This document shows positions 55,171 through 64,000 of a DNA stretch of 64,000 nucleotides, one piece after another (the stretch's first letter is position 1; every line of letters starts with the position of its first letter). The DNA is taken from the NCBI GenBank assembly GCA_025057015.1, contig JANWYG010000008.1:15848-79847 (forward strand), in the 5' to 3' direction. This DNA is from Blastocatellia bacterium (GTDB lineage Bacteria; Acidobacteriota; Blastocatellia; Chloracidobacteriales; JADJPF01). The notes beneath the pieces are model-generated. The model made no database searches. It was not told where the DNA came from and saw nothing but the letters and a program-made list of their open reading frames with translations. The translations under genes and the position numbers were made by a program.

Positions 55171-56793
55171 TTACTGGGGAGTTATGAGCTTTTCAAGTGA
55201 GATCGTTCCATCGGGGTTTCTTACTCGCACTCGGATTTGCTTGCCTATGAGCGAACTACTCAGTTTCTTAGCTTGGAGCGTAGTGTTTGATTTGAACTTG
55301 GTATTTACAGCCGAGCCGTCAACTTCAATGACGCTGCCATTGACAAAACCGCTGCCGGTGACTTTCAGTTTAACAGTAGAGGTAACTGTGGCAGTGACAT
55401 TGTTGATGATCGGTGCCGGTAGTATCTTGAAGTCAGCATCGCTTGTATCTGTGTATGCTACTCCGTTGTCTATTGCCGTAATACGTATCCGTGCTCGCTC
55501 ACTACTGATACCTGCTGGAACAGCGTACTCGAATGAAGTTTTATCTGCTTTGAGATTGCTTGCTATGGTGGTGCTAAAGGTGTTACCGCTATCGAGCGAG
55601 AGTTCTATTTTCTGAGTTGCTGTGCTGCTCAGTGACTGGGTCCAACGTATCTCAAAGGGCAGGCCACCAGAACTAAGCACTTCACCGCCGTTTGGAGCAA
55701 GTAGTGATATGGAGGGCTGTGTGCCACCACCTATGTAGTTAAATGCTGCTGCAAGTCTTGCGCTCTGTCCGTCGGGATTGATAACTACAACGTCTACAAC
55801 ACCTGCTTCGTTCGGCTGGGTCACAGCTTTAATTTGTGTAGGAGTGACCGAAGTAACGCTCGCCTCTTTTCCTATGATTACTTTTGCCCCTTGAGCAAAG
55901 TTATTTCCGGTCAAGGTTACGGTAGTACCACCAGAGGTAGGCCCGCTTGTGGGATCTATTCCAGCAAGTATAGGTGCTGGGGCCTGAGCTTCTTCATAAG
56001 TGAATGCTGATGCAAGCCTTGCTACCTGCCCGTCGGGGTTGGTCACTGTTATGTCTACCGTACCAGTGCCAGCCGGAGATACGGCTACTAGGTTACTGCT
56101 ATCCACAAATGTCGTCGAAGCTTGTTTGCTGCCGAAGCCGACGATAGCACCGTTCTTGAAGTTACTCCCCGTGACCGTGACCGTAGTACCGCCGCTAGAA
56201 GGCCCTTTGGTTGGATTGATTAGGCTGATACTTGGTGCTGCTGCAGCTGGGGCAGATACTTTTGCAGTAGTCAAATAGACGTTATCACCCGAAGAAGCTC
56301 CGTTGTTATTGGCAGCGTTGGCGGCAATGTAAAAAGTAACTTGCCCTACGTCAGAGGAAGGAGCTATCCAAATAAAATTGAAAGTTACGGATCCGCTAGT
56401 GCCTCGCCTTGTACCAGTAGAGGTATGTTGTATGTAGTTGCGAGTCTTACCTTGAACTGTACCTGTAGTTGTTTGTGTGTTGCCGTCTACGGATTGGAAA
56501 GTGCCTGCTGCTGATCCGTCGTCTGTCAACGCTGTCGCTTGGAAGCCCCAGCGTGAACGATCTGATCTTGAGATCGTCAACGTTAAGTTATATCTCGTGC
56601 CTGGAACATAAGATTGTGGTAAACCAGAAATCGTCGCACTTCCACCGCTAGCGTTGACCGTACCTGTGTGACACTGCGAACAATTGGACTCGCCAGGAGC
56701 ACCTGTATTCGAAGGTGGCGGCCCGGAAGAGAAGGCCAGTACTATGGCTGTGCAGCCTAGTATAAAGACTGAGATTTTAAATTTTTTCAACAT
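55171..56793 (-). CDS. Secreted protein: N-terminal ~170-aa module with one CxxCH, three IPT/TIG-like domains, and a C-terminal Ig-like module
   Basis: Signal peptide, then GAPGESNCSQCHTG. Repeated blocks follow (P.I..I.PT.GP.SGGTTVT.TG.NF..GA.V), then a module similar to the BNR protein C-terminus. Confidence 0.65.
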   Translation of the reverse strand: MLKKFKISVFILGCTAIVLAFSSGPPPSNTGAPGESNCSQCHTGTVNASGGSATISGLPQSYVPGTRYNLTLTISRSDRSRWGFQATALTDDGSAAGTFQSVDGNTQTTTGTVQGKTRNYIQHTSTGTRRGTSGSVTFNFIWIAPSSDVGQVTFYIAANAANNNGASSGDNVYLTTAKVSAPAAAAPSISLINPTKGPSSGGTTVTVTGSNFKNGAIVGFGSKQASTTFVDSSNLVAVSPAGTGTVDITVTNPDGQVARLASAFTYEEAQAPAPILAGIDPTSGPTSGGTTVTLTGNNFAQGAKVIIGKEASVTSVTPTQIKAVTQPNEAGVVDVVVINPDGQSARLAAAFNYIGGGTQPSISLLAPNGGEVLSSGGLPFEIRWTQSLSSTATQKIELSLDSGNTFSTTIASNLKADKTSFEYAVPAGISSERARIRITAIDNGVAYTDTSDADFKILPAPIINNVTATVTSTVKLKVTGSGFVNGSVIEVDGSAVNTKFKSNTTLQAKKLSSSLIGKQIRVRVRNPDGTISLEKLITPQ

Positions 56794-56907
56794 GCTTCCT
56801 CCTGCTGGATACCTTAGTCAAACTTGCGGTTGTTGGCTTTAGAATAATTAGACGGAAGTTTCTTATAAAAAGTCTAGATTCTTCGTGTTCTCAAAGCAAT
56901 TTTTGGT

Positions 56908-58398
56908 ATGCAAAAACTCAACGTAGGTTTCATAGGCTGTGGCAGAATAGCAGATTTGCACTACAAGGCGTACTGTGCTGATAAGAGGGCACGGGTTTAT
57001 GCGCTGTGTGATATAGACCAAGAGCTGCTCCAAGCGAGAGCTACTGAATGGAAAGTAGCCAAGATCTACCGTGACTACCGCGAGCTACTTGCTGATAAGG
57101 AAGTGGACGCTGTGGAGATACTCGTGCCACACTCTGATAGTCTGCACGAGAAGATCGCTTTGCAAGCGATCGCTTCTGGTAAACATGTAGCTTTGCAAAA
57201 GCCTATTACTACAGATCTTGCCGGTGCTGACCGAATAGTTACCGCTGCTAGACAGACTAGTAAGGTCTTTAAGGTGACCGAAAACTACGTTTTCTACCCA
57301 CCGATACAACTTGCGCGCAAGATGATAGATGAAGGAGAGGTTGGCGAACCACTGTCTGTGAGAATAAAGTTCATCAGCGGTAGCTACGGTGGTTGGCCAG
57401 TGCCGCCTCAGTCGTGGCGCTGGCGTGTGCATGAAATGTCGCAGGGTCGCGGCACAGCTACTTTTGACCACGGCCATCACTTGTGGGCTACTGCGTGGTT
57501 TCTACTCGGCGAAGTTGATGAAGTAATCGCATGGATAGACCGTAAGACTATAGTAGACTGCCCGGCAACTGTGATGTGGAAATATCGCCATAGCGGTAGA
57601 TATGGTAGCGCTGATCTGACACACTGCCCTGAGCTACTTATACCTTCAGACTATTATACCAACGATGAATGGATAGAAATCGCTGGTACACGTGGACTGA
57701 TACGAATTAATCGTTGCTCTGCACGAGTAAATGAAGGTGCTGCTGTAAGTGTTTTCGATAGTAGTGGTTGGAAGCACTATGATGTAGAATCTGACTGGGC
57801 TATAGGTTTTGTCGAAGCTACAAAAAACTTTATCGACGCCATAGTTTGTAGCAAGAAGCCGCTACTAAATGCAGAAGAAGGACGCGAGATTTTGCGCTTT
57901 GCCCTTGCTGTGCGAAAATCAGCTGTTTGTAATCGCTCCGTTTGCCTAGACGAACTGGATAGCAAGTTTCCTACCTTTTATAGAATGAAAAGACAGGTGG
58001 AAGAGAGGATAGAGAAGTTGAAGGGAGTTAGGATTTCAAATTTCTTCGAAGATACTTCAAAATATGCTCCACAGGCTCTGCCGCTTACACGTAAATATCT
58101 CAGCAATTTTGATGCCTCAGCCGCTGCTGGTTGGGACATAGTGATCGGACTACATCTGACAGCCGACGGTGATGTCCAAGAAGAGCTTCTGGCTATAACT
58201 ATTCGTGACGGTAAGCTTACTCTCGATTTTGGAGACATACCAGCTAATGCTGCTCTGCGCATATGTATGCCGCATGGTGTCTGGGCAGCTATCTTGCTTA
58301 GAAAGAAACGTCCTGAAGTGGCTTTCTTTCAAGGTAAGATCAAAGTGGAAGGGCAGCTAGAGCAAGGACTTAAGCTACGCGAACTTTTTAAGCTCTAG
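56908..58398 (+). CDS. Gfo/Idh/MocA-family oxidoreductase with C-terminal SCP2-like extension
   Basis: Rossmann start LNVGFIGCGRIADLHY and an EKP-like motif (LQKPIT). The C-terminal ~110 aa end in FFQGKIKVEGQLEQGLKLRELF, which is SCP2-like. Confidence 0.75.
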   Translation: MQKLNVGFIGCGRIADLHYKAYCADKRARVYALCDIDQELLQARATEWKVAKIYRDYRELLADKEVDAVEILVPHSDSLHEKIALQAIASGKHVALQKPITTDLAGADRIVTAARQTSKVFKVTENYVFYPPIQLARKMIDEGEVGEPLSVRIKFISGSYGGWPVPPQSWRWRVHEMSQGRGTATFDHGHHLWATAWFLLGEVDEVIAWIDRKTIVDCPATVMWKYRHSGRYGSADLTHCPELLIPSDYYTNDEWIEIAGTRGLIRINRCSARVNEGAAVSVFDSSGWKHYDVESDWAIGFVEATKNFIDAIVCSKKPLLNAEEGREILRFALAVRKSAVCNRSVCLDELDSKFPTFYRMKRQVEERIEKLKGVRISNFFEDTSKYAPQALPLTRKYLSNFDASAAAGWDIVIGLHLTADGDVQEELLAITIRDGKLTLDFGDIPANAALRICMPHGVWAAILLRKKRPEVAFFQGKIKVEGQLEQGLKLRELFKL

Positions 58399-58537
58399 AC
58401 TCAAATTGATTTGGTTAAATTCTGACTAACTTTCAATGGTAGCTAAACTGCATGCTCGTTGAGCTTTCTTTGAAGAGGAATCTAGCTCCTCAGCAGGCAT
58501 TGACATCTTCTTTCAAATATGCGTTAAAATCGTTCTC

Positions 58538-59560
58538 ATGCAAAATCAGGTAAACTGTCCAAAATGTAATAGGAAAACGACTCCTCTTCGTGGCAAGTGT
58601 ATATACTGTGGTGGAGAGTTGCCTGTAGAAAAAGTATCGCTAGAGGTAGTGGCTGCTAGAATCGCCCAGAGTCGTAACTTACAGCCTAGCGAAGCTACTC
58701 CAGATACTTTGACTCAGATGTCTAGAGAACTACAGCAATCTCTGGCTGTAGTAAGCGTGGTTGTAATTCCACCGGATGGAGGCCCTTCGGCGGCGTACTT
58801 GTCTTCTATAGCCACCTTTTCAGTTCTCTCAGAAGATGAGCTGCGGCAGCTGCTTTCACAGAATCGTCCTGTACCAATAGCTTGTACTTTTGATCTGTTA
58901 GAAGCAAAAGCTATAGAAGAGAAGCTGCGCAGAGACGGTATCGAGGTGTATGTGCTTGGAGATGATGTGCTTGCTCCACAGCAACCGCCTCAACGCGTCC
59001 GTAAGCTGGAATTTGAGAGGGATGAGATCGTGCTATTTCCTGAAGTTACTGTGGAAGCGCCCAAGAGGATCAAGACGGAATCTATCCGACTTATCGTCGA
59101 AGGAAGAATTGTGCGCCGGCAGATAGAAGCCAGAGAGGAGAATAAAAGTTTTGCCCGAACAGAGCGGGAGCTTGTCGATGTTATTGAGTTTGTTGATCAA
59201 AACTCGCTTGCGGATTTTTATACAGATTCACCTCAGTCTTGTTTTCGTGTTCGTGAGGAATCTTTTGACTATTCCGGTTTAAGAGGCAGAATGCAACTTA
59301 CGGCAGCGGCAAATTTCCGCTTGCTGATAGATATGCTCTGTGAAATGGCGCGTCCTGTCTATGATAATACTTATCGAAAGGCCTCTAAATTGCTAGATCC
59401 ACTTTGGCCATCTACGAAACGTACTGAGTCGCTTGGAGTTAAACGGACTTCTCTCAGTCCAGGTAAAGTCCCTACAGCTTCACGACAAGTGATAGATAAC
59501 GAGCTACAGTTTAATAGATACTCTAGACTTGGCTATAAGTTACTCAAGATGTCGTTATGA
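58538..59560 (+). CDS. Hypothetical protein with N-terminal zinc ribbon
   Basis: CPKCNRKTTPLRGKCIYCGG. The remainder matches nothing I recognise. It overlaps rlmB by 4 nt. Confidence 0.45.
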   Translation: MQNQVNCPKCNRKTTPLRGKCIYCGGELPVEKVSLEVVAARIAQSRNLQPSEATPDTLTQMSRELQQSLAVVSVVVIPPDGGPSAAYLSSIATFSVLSEDELRQLLSQNRPVPIACTFDLLEAKAIEEKLRRDGIEVYVLGDDVLAPQQPPQRVRKLEFERDEIVLFPEVTVEAPKRIKTESIRLIVEGRIVRRQIEAREENKSFARTERELVDVIEFVDQNSLADFYTDSPQSCFRVREESFDYSGLRGRMQLTAAANFRLLIDMLCEMARPVYDNTYRKASKLLDPLWPSTKRTESLGVKRTSLSPGKVPTASRQVIDNELQFNRYSRLGYKLLKMSL

Positions 59561-60300
59561 AATACATCTACGGAGTAAATCCTGTACTGGAAGCCCTGCG
59601 CTCAGGCCAGCATAATCTGACTAGACTATACATAGCAAGGGACGTACACAACAGCAAAATAGAATCCATACTGACGCTTGCTAGGAGTGGCTCTGTACCT
59701 GTACAGTTTGAGTCGCGTCATAAAATTGACGCGTTGGTGCCTGCTGCAACACATCAAGGTGTAGTAGCTGTTCTGCAAAAAAACAAGTTTAAGTACGCAG
59801 ACTTTGATCAGATGATACATTTCGTGCCCTCAGGCTCACTGCTATTGATACTTGACTGCATACAAGATCCTCGTAACCTTGGTGCAGCAATACGTACTGC
59901 TGAATGTGCGGGCGTCAGCCTCGTGATAATTCCAGAACATCATTCGTCTGCAGTAAACGAAACTGTAGCGAAAGCTTCGGCTGGTGCAATAGAATATCTT
60001 CCTATATGTCGCGTAACGAATTTGGTTAATACTATAGAGAAGCTCAAAAACAGAAATATTTGGATCGTAGGTCTGGACGCTGCAGCAACTACCGAGTATA
60101 CCAGTTGGGATTATACTACATCGACAGCTATAGTGTTAGGTAACGAAGGGCGCGGCATGCGTCGACTAGTAAGAGAGCATTGCGACATTGTCGTGTCAAT
60201 TCCTCTAATTGGTCAAGTGAGTTCGCTCAATGTGAGTGCTGCTGCTGCTGTAGTGCTCTATGAAGCTGTGCGTCAACGTCGAGCTAAGTCGAGCTTATGA
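59557..60300 (+). CDS. rlmB: 23S rRNA (guanosine-2'-O)-methyltransferase, RlmB/TrmH (SpoU) family
   Basis: IYGVNPVLEAL N-terminal SpoU_sub_bind block, LDCIQDPRNLGAAIRTAE, LGNEGRGM and SLNVSAAAAVVLYE. Confidence 0.8.
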   Translation: MKYIYGVNPVLEALRSGQHNLTRLYIARDVHNSKIESILTLARSGSVPVQFESRHKIDALVPAATHQGVVAVLQKNKFKYADFDQMIHFVPSGSLLLILDCIQDPRNLGAAIRTAECAGVSLVIIPEHHSSAVNETVAKASAGAIEYLPICRVTNLVNTIEKLKNRNIWIVGLDAAATTEYTSWDYTTSTAIVLGNEGRGMRRLVREHCDIVVSIPLIGQVSSLNVSAAAAVVLYEAVRQRRAKSSL

Positions 60301-61829
60301 TAGCCGTATCAATCTCTGCAAAGACGCTAGATCAAGCTCTACAGCACATCTCTGAAGTGCAAGTCAAAACAGACCTAATAGAACTACGATTAGATCTTAT
60401 AAAAGACTTCAATCCTTATCTCGACGCTAAACGAGTTCTCTCTGCTGCAGTGGCAGCTTCAAATGTACCTATAATATTTACCTTTCGCGAACAACCTAAT
60501 TCTAGTAACTCCTCTAAATCCTGTGACTTTATATCTGAGTTGAGAAACCTAATCTCTTTGCGTACTTTACCGCTTGCAAGAGACTATTTTGACTTTGACT
60601 GCAGTCACAAATGCGACGTCACTTTCTATCTTTATAAAGTCTACTCGGAACTCTTCGGTAGATCAGCACGCGTCATAGCTTCTTATCATGATTTTAATGG
60701 AATACCAACAAACTTGGATGATTTGGTCATAAAGCTGAAATCTACCTCTGCCGATGTGATCAAAATTGCTGTTACCGCAGGAAATTTTGAAGATAACGTA
60801 AGGATACTGCGAATATTGAGGGATTCTTCTTTACCTATGATATCATTAGCAATGGGCGAATTTGGAAAACCGAGCCGTTTGCTAGCTTTGCTTGGTGGCA
60901 GTTTCTTAACTTTTGCCTGCACTAAACCTGCTCTAGAGACTGCTGCAGGTCAATTCACACTAGAAGAACTTTGCTCGGTTTACCGCGTCAAGATGATAAA
61001 TCGAGAGACACGGTTTTACTGCTTGCTGGGCTACCCTGTAGCACACTCTGCATCGCCTTATATCCACAACGCGGCATTTGCTGCTGCAGGCTTAAACAGC
61101 GTCTACTTACCGATAGCTTTATCGCCTTCAGAACTTGCGTCGTTTGTTCGAAACTACGTTCATCCTAAAACTCGTCAGCCAGAATGGCATGTACTCGGTG
61201 CTAGTGTTACCTTACCTCATAAACTGGCTGTTAGGAAGTATCTTGACGCGATGGATCAGATAGCTGAACAAGTTGGAGCAGTAAATACGTTGGTCGTTTC
61301 AGAAGGCAAGCTGCTTGGCTACAATACGGATGTAATGGGTGCTGTTGCGCCTCTAAAAAAATACAAGCTGAAAGGACTACGCGTAGCTATCTTAGGTAGT
61401 GGAGGTGCGGCCCGTGCTGTTATTGTGGGACTCAAAAGGGAAGGTGCTAGGATCACAATCTACGCGCGTAATTTCGAACAACGTCGGTTGTTAGCTGCAG
61501 AATTTAATGTACTACACGATGATTTTGCGAATATAAAAGGTGGCGAACTGTTAATCAATGCTACCCCAATAGGCATGCGCGGAACCTCGTTAGAAGATGC
61601 CTTGCCGTTGGCTGAGCATCTCGTGACGCGCTTTGATGTAGTCTATGACCTAGTCTATAACCCCGTGATGACAAAGCTACTGCAAGTCGCACAGGCTGCC
61701 GGGAAAGACATCGTCACAGGATTAGAAATGCTGGTACTTCAAGCTGGCGAGCAGTATAGATTGTGGACTAGTCTTGAACCACCGCTTGATTTGATGCGTT
61801 TAGCTGCTGAAAGATGGTTAGAAAGGTAG
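60297..61829 (+). CDS. aroDE: Bifunctional 3-dehydroquinate dehydratase (type I) / shikimate 5-dehydrogenase
   Basis: The N-terminal half carries ELRLD, SYHDF and ADVIKIAV (catalytic Lys context). The C-terminal half carries GYPVAHSASPYIHN, SVTLPHK, GAVNT, GYNTD and GSGGAARA. Confidence 0.85.
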   Translation: MIAVSISAKTLDQALQHISEVQVKTDLIELRLDLIKDFNPYLDAKRVLSAAVAASNVPIIFTFREQPNSSNSSKSCDFISELRNLISLRTLPLARDYFDFDCSHKCDVTFYLYKVYSELFGRSARVIASYHDFNGIPTNLDDLVIKLKSTSADVIKIAVTAGNFEDNVRILRILRDSSLPMISLAMGEFGKPSRLLALLGGSFLTFACTKPALETAAGQFTLEELCSVYRVKMINRETRFYCLLGYPVAHSASPYIHNAAFAAAGLNSVYLPIALSPSELASFVRNYVHPKTRQPEWHVLGASVTLPHKLAVRKYLDAMDQIAEQVGAVNTLVVSEGKLLGYNTDVMGAVAPLKKYKLKGLRVAILGSGGAARAVIVGLKREGARITIYARNFEQRRLLAAEFNVLHDDFANIKGGELLINATPIGMRGTSLEDALPLAEHLVTRFDVVYDLVYNPVMTKLLQVAQAAGKDIVTGLEMLVLQAGEQYRLWTSLEPPLDLMRLAAERWLER

Positions 61830-62656
61830 GCTTTCAGGGCGAGCAAGGAGCATACAGTGAGATTGCCGCTATGCGTATAGGCGAACCAGTGGCAATCCGT
61901 ACCTTCGAAGACGTCTTCAAGGCGATAACAGATGGTAGAGTAGATTGTGGAGTACTGCCTATAGAAAATTCTCTCGGTGGTGCTGTGTATGAGAACTACG
62001 ACTTGATGCTCAAATATCCTGTAGAAGTCTTGGCAGAGATGTATGTGAAAATAGAGCACTGTTTATTGGGGTTGCAAGGAGCAAGTGTAGAGAGTGCGAG
62101 GGAAGTACTTTCTCATCCACAGGCACTTTCGCAGTGCGTCAAATTTCTTGAGGAGAATAAGCACATTCTACCTGTAGCCACTTATGACACGGCTGGTAGT
62201 GCAAAGATGATCAGAGCTAGTGGAGATATTAAGCAGCTTGCTATCGCTAGCGAACGTGCTGCTGAAATGTATGGGCTAAAGGTTCTTCGTCGAGATCTTT
62301 CAGATAGCAGGGATAATTACACCAGGTTTTTGGTACTTGCGAAGCGAGCTGTGAGGCAAGAATGGCTGGCAGCACCGACTAAGCTTTCAATAGCTCTTGC
62401 CTTGATGAACGGTACGGACTCGTTGGTTGAAGTGTTGTCGCTTTTTAAATCGCTCGGCATTAGGCTTACTAAAATAGATTCACGGCCGCTGCGTAGCCGT
62501 CCCTTTGAATACATTTTCTATCTAGACGTTGTTATACCTGAAAATGTAACAAGTATAGCAGTTGATGAAGTGCTGTCAAAACTGGGTAATTTGACTACAC
62601 TGCTTGTTCACTTCGGTAGTTATAAAGCGCTGTCAGATTGTTATGGCAGTCAATGA
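61814..62656 (+). CDS. pheA: Prephenate dehydratase (PDT plus ACT domain)
   Basis: VGFQGEQGAYSE, VLPIENSLGG, NYTRFLVL and LTKIDSRPL (ESRP-type motif) blocks. Confidence 0.85.
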   Translation: MVRKVGFQGEQGAYSEIAAMRIGEPVAIRTFEDVFKAITDGRVDCGVLPIENSLGGAVYENYDLMLKYPVEVLAEMYVKIEHCLLGLQGASVESAREVLSHPQALSQCVKFLEENKHILPVATYDTAGSAKMIRASGDIKQLAIASERAAEMYGLKVLRRDLSDSRDNYTRFLVLAKRAVRQEWLAAPTKLSIALALMNGTDSLVEVLSLFKSLGIRLTKIDSRPLRSRPFEYIFYLDVVIPENVTSIAVDEVLSKLGNLTTLLVHFGSYKALSDCYGSQ

Positions 62657-62670
62657 GTGCCGAGTTTAGA

Positions 62671-62850
62671 AAAGTTAAGGAAACTTTGTGAAACCTCTGA
62701 GTTCTTGTGTGTGGTGGTGTGGGTCAGGTGTTGGTCAGGCGGAAAGTTAAGGAAACTTTGTGAAATCTCTGTGTTCTCTGTGTCTCTGTGGTGAAAAATA
62801 AATAAAATCTCCAGAGGAGACACAAGGACGCAAATGAAGCGCAAAGGAAG
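62671..62850 (+). repeat. Diverged, decayed member of the same hairpin repeat family, starting 15 nt after the pheA stop
   Basis: aaagttaaggaaactttgtgaaa occurs at 62671 and again at 62743 (72-bp period). The left arm is ctctgtgttctctgtgtctctgtggtg (62767-62793), followed by an A-rich loop and a degenerate right arm. Confidence 0.75.
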
Positions 62851-63036
62851 TTGAGAAGTGAGGAGGAGGGAGTTAAATTCACCTTGCAGTCTTCATACTG
62901 CCTAGTGCTAGCAATAAGTAAGAGGTGATTGCAGCATATGACAACTTTAGATTTGTTTCTCCTAGTTTGTTAATGATTTTTGTAGTGCGATAGAGAGTAA
63001 ACTTTTTACGTGATATTAAAACATTCAGCTTTTGTA

Positions 63037-63062
63037 TTGTAGGAGAGGGAGCTCTCCTACAA
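63037..63062 (-). terminator. Stem-loop 3 nt after the fusA stop (possible terminator, weak U-tract)
   Basis: ttgtaggagag-ggag-ctctcctacaa is a perfect 11-bp stem. Confidence 0.4.
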
Positions 63063-63065
63063 AGT

Positions 63066-64000
63066 TTACTCTTCCTCTTGAGCTTTGACGCGGCCTTCAG
63101 CTTGAGCTTCAGCTATGACTTTTTGTGCTATTTGTGGTGGAACTTCGTCATAGTGGGAAAACTCCATGCTGTAAGAGCCTCGCGCGCCGGTGATGGAGTT
63201 AAGCGTAGGCTGATAGTTCAGCATTTCAGCAAGGGGAACTTGGGCTTTGATTACCTGTTGTCCGCCTCGTGAATCCATACCTTGAATACGGCCTCGGCGT
63301 GCGTTTATGTCGCCCATAAGATCGCCCGAGAATTCTTGAGGTGCTACTACTTCGACATTCATGATAGGTTCTAGCAGTACTGGCTTAGCCTTTTCCATAG
63401 CTGCACGAAAGGCTTTACGTCCAGCTAGCTTGAAAGATAGTTCATCGGAGTCGACGGGATGAAACGAGCCATCTATCAGTTCTACTTTAAAGTCGACTAC
63501 AGGATAGCCGGCTAGTGAGCCGGTAGTGGCAGCTTCAAGGATACCTTTTTCTACTGCGGGACGGAACTGCGAAGGTATTGCACCTCCGAAGATTTTGTCC
63601 ACAAATTGAAAGCCAGCACCACGTTCCAAAGGTTCAAATATGCACTTACAATCGCCAAACTGACCACGACCGCCGGTCTGTTTTTTGTGTCTGCCTTGGA
63701 CCTCGACACGTGCCTTAAAGGTCTCTTTGTAAGGTACTTTTGGTGTGTGCAATTGAACCTCGACGTTATACCGCTTCTTGAGTTTTTCTACTACTACCTC
63801 GACGTGCAGTTGTCCTGAGCCAGACAGGAGAAATTCTTTCGTCTGTTCATCTCTTTTGTAACGCAGCGCAAGATCTTCTTCTAAAAGTTTTCCTATAGCA
63901 GTTGAGAGTTTATCTTCATCCTGTCTGGACTTAGGTTCTATGGCGAAGTTTATCGCTGGTTCTGGGAAGCGTACTGGTTCGTAAAGTATGGGAGTAGCTT
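63066..64000 (-). CDS. fusA: Elongation factor G, C-terminal part; gene continues past the right edge
   Basis: Domain IV/V blocks are present: YKETF..., GGRGQFG, FVDKIFGGAIPSQFRPAVEKG, GYPVVDFKV, DGSFHPVDS, LLEPIM, GDLMGDINARRGRIQGM. The frame stays open upstream of the track's Met at 63752, through to position 64000. Confidence 0.9.
   Translation of the reverse strand, partial: ATPILYEPVRFPEPAINFAIEPKSRQDEDKLSTAIGKLLEEDLALRYKRDEQTKEFLLSGSGQLHVEVVVEKLKKRYNVEVQLHTPKVPYKETFKARVEVQGRHKKQTGGRGQFGDCKCIFEPLERGAGFQFVDKIFGGAIPSQFRPAVEKGILEAATTGSLAGYPVVDFKVELIDGSFHPVDSDELSFKLAGRKAFRAAMEKAKPVLLEPIMNVEVVAPQEFSGDLMGDINARRGRIQGMDSRGGQQVIKAQVPLAEMLNYQPTLNSITGARGSYSMEFSHYDEVPPQIAQKVIAEAQAEGRVKAQEEE

Overview
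This is a 64-kb chromosomal window, probably from an Acidobacteriota genome. That call is an inference from a VWA protein of the 'VWFA-related acidobacterial' type and many large secreted HEAT, BNR and IPT proteins. All homology calls rest on motif recognition by eye; no searches were run. Most of the window is housekeeping. It holds the rpmH-rnpA-yidD-yidC-jag-mnmE cluster, glmS, nadB, kdsC, pilT plus a paralog, dapF-like, aroDE, pheA, rlmB, the fusA 3' part, M16 peptidases, a DAACS symporter and a hybrid histidine kinase. Two accessory loci stand out. (1) At 3.4-9.7 kb lies a two-gene module: a 900-aa DUF1156-type Zn-ribbon DNA methyltransferase (FAGGG motif I, DPPY motif IV) and an 878-aa DUF499-type P-loop ATPase (FGGGKTH, LMDE). 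No nuclease, helicase, integrase or transposase is visible nearby. The module is bracketed and split by tandem ~140-bp repeats that each carry a 26-bp hairpin, and it sits next to about 1 kb of apparently decayed sequence. I read it as a candidate BREX-like or uncharacterised modification-dependent defence module. (2) At 10.0-12.3 kb lies a three-gene RiPP-like cluster. It begins with a Tat-signal peptide containing 17 Cys arranged as 15 CKGEKAS-type heptads. An intrinsic terminator follows, then a DUF692 (MNIO) enzyme translationally coupled to a DUF2063 partner. This looks like a repetitive, possibly new precursor class of the methanobactin/bufferin/oxazolin type of Cys-modified metallophores. 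Other oddities are listed here. A DapF homolog has both catalytic Cys replaced by Ser. An FHA / heptaheme / 4Fe-4S / flavoprotein fusion, with an apparently permuted flavoprotein motif order, is paired with a cNMP-binding / poly-ferredoxin / membrane protein. A double M16 homolog lacks HxxEH, and two tandem giant HEAT-repeat proteins lie side by side. No rRNA, tRNA, CRISPR array or transposase was found.
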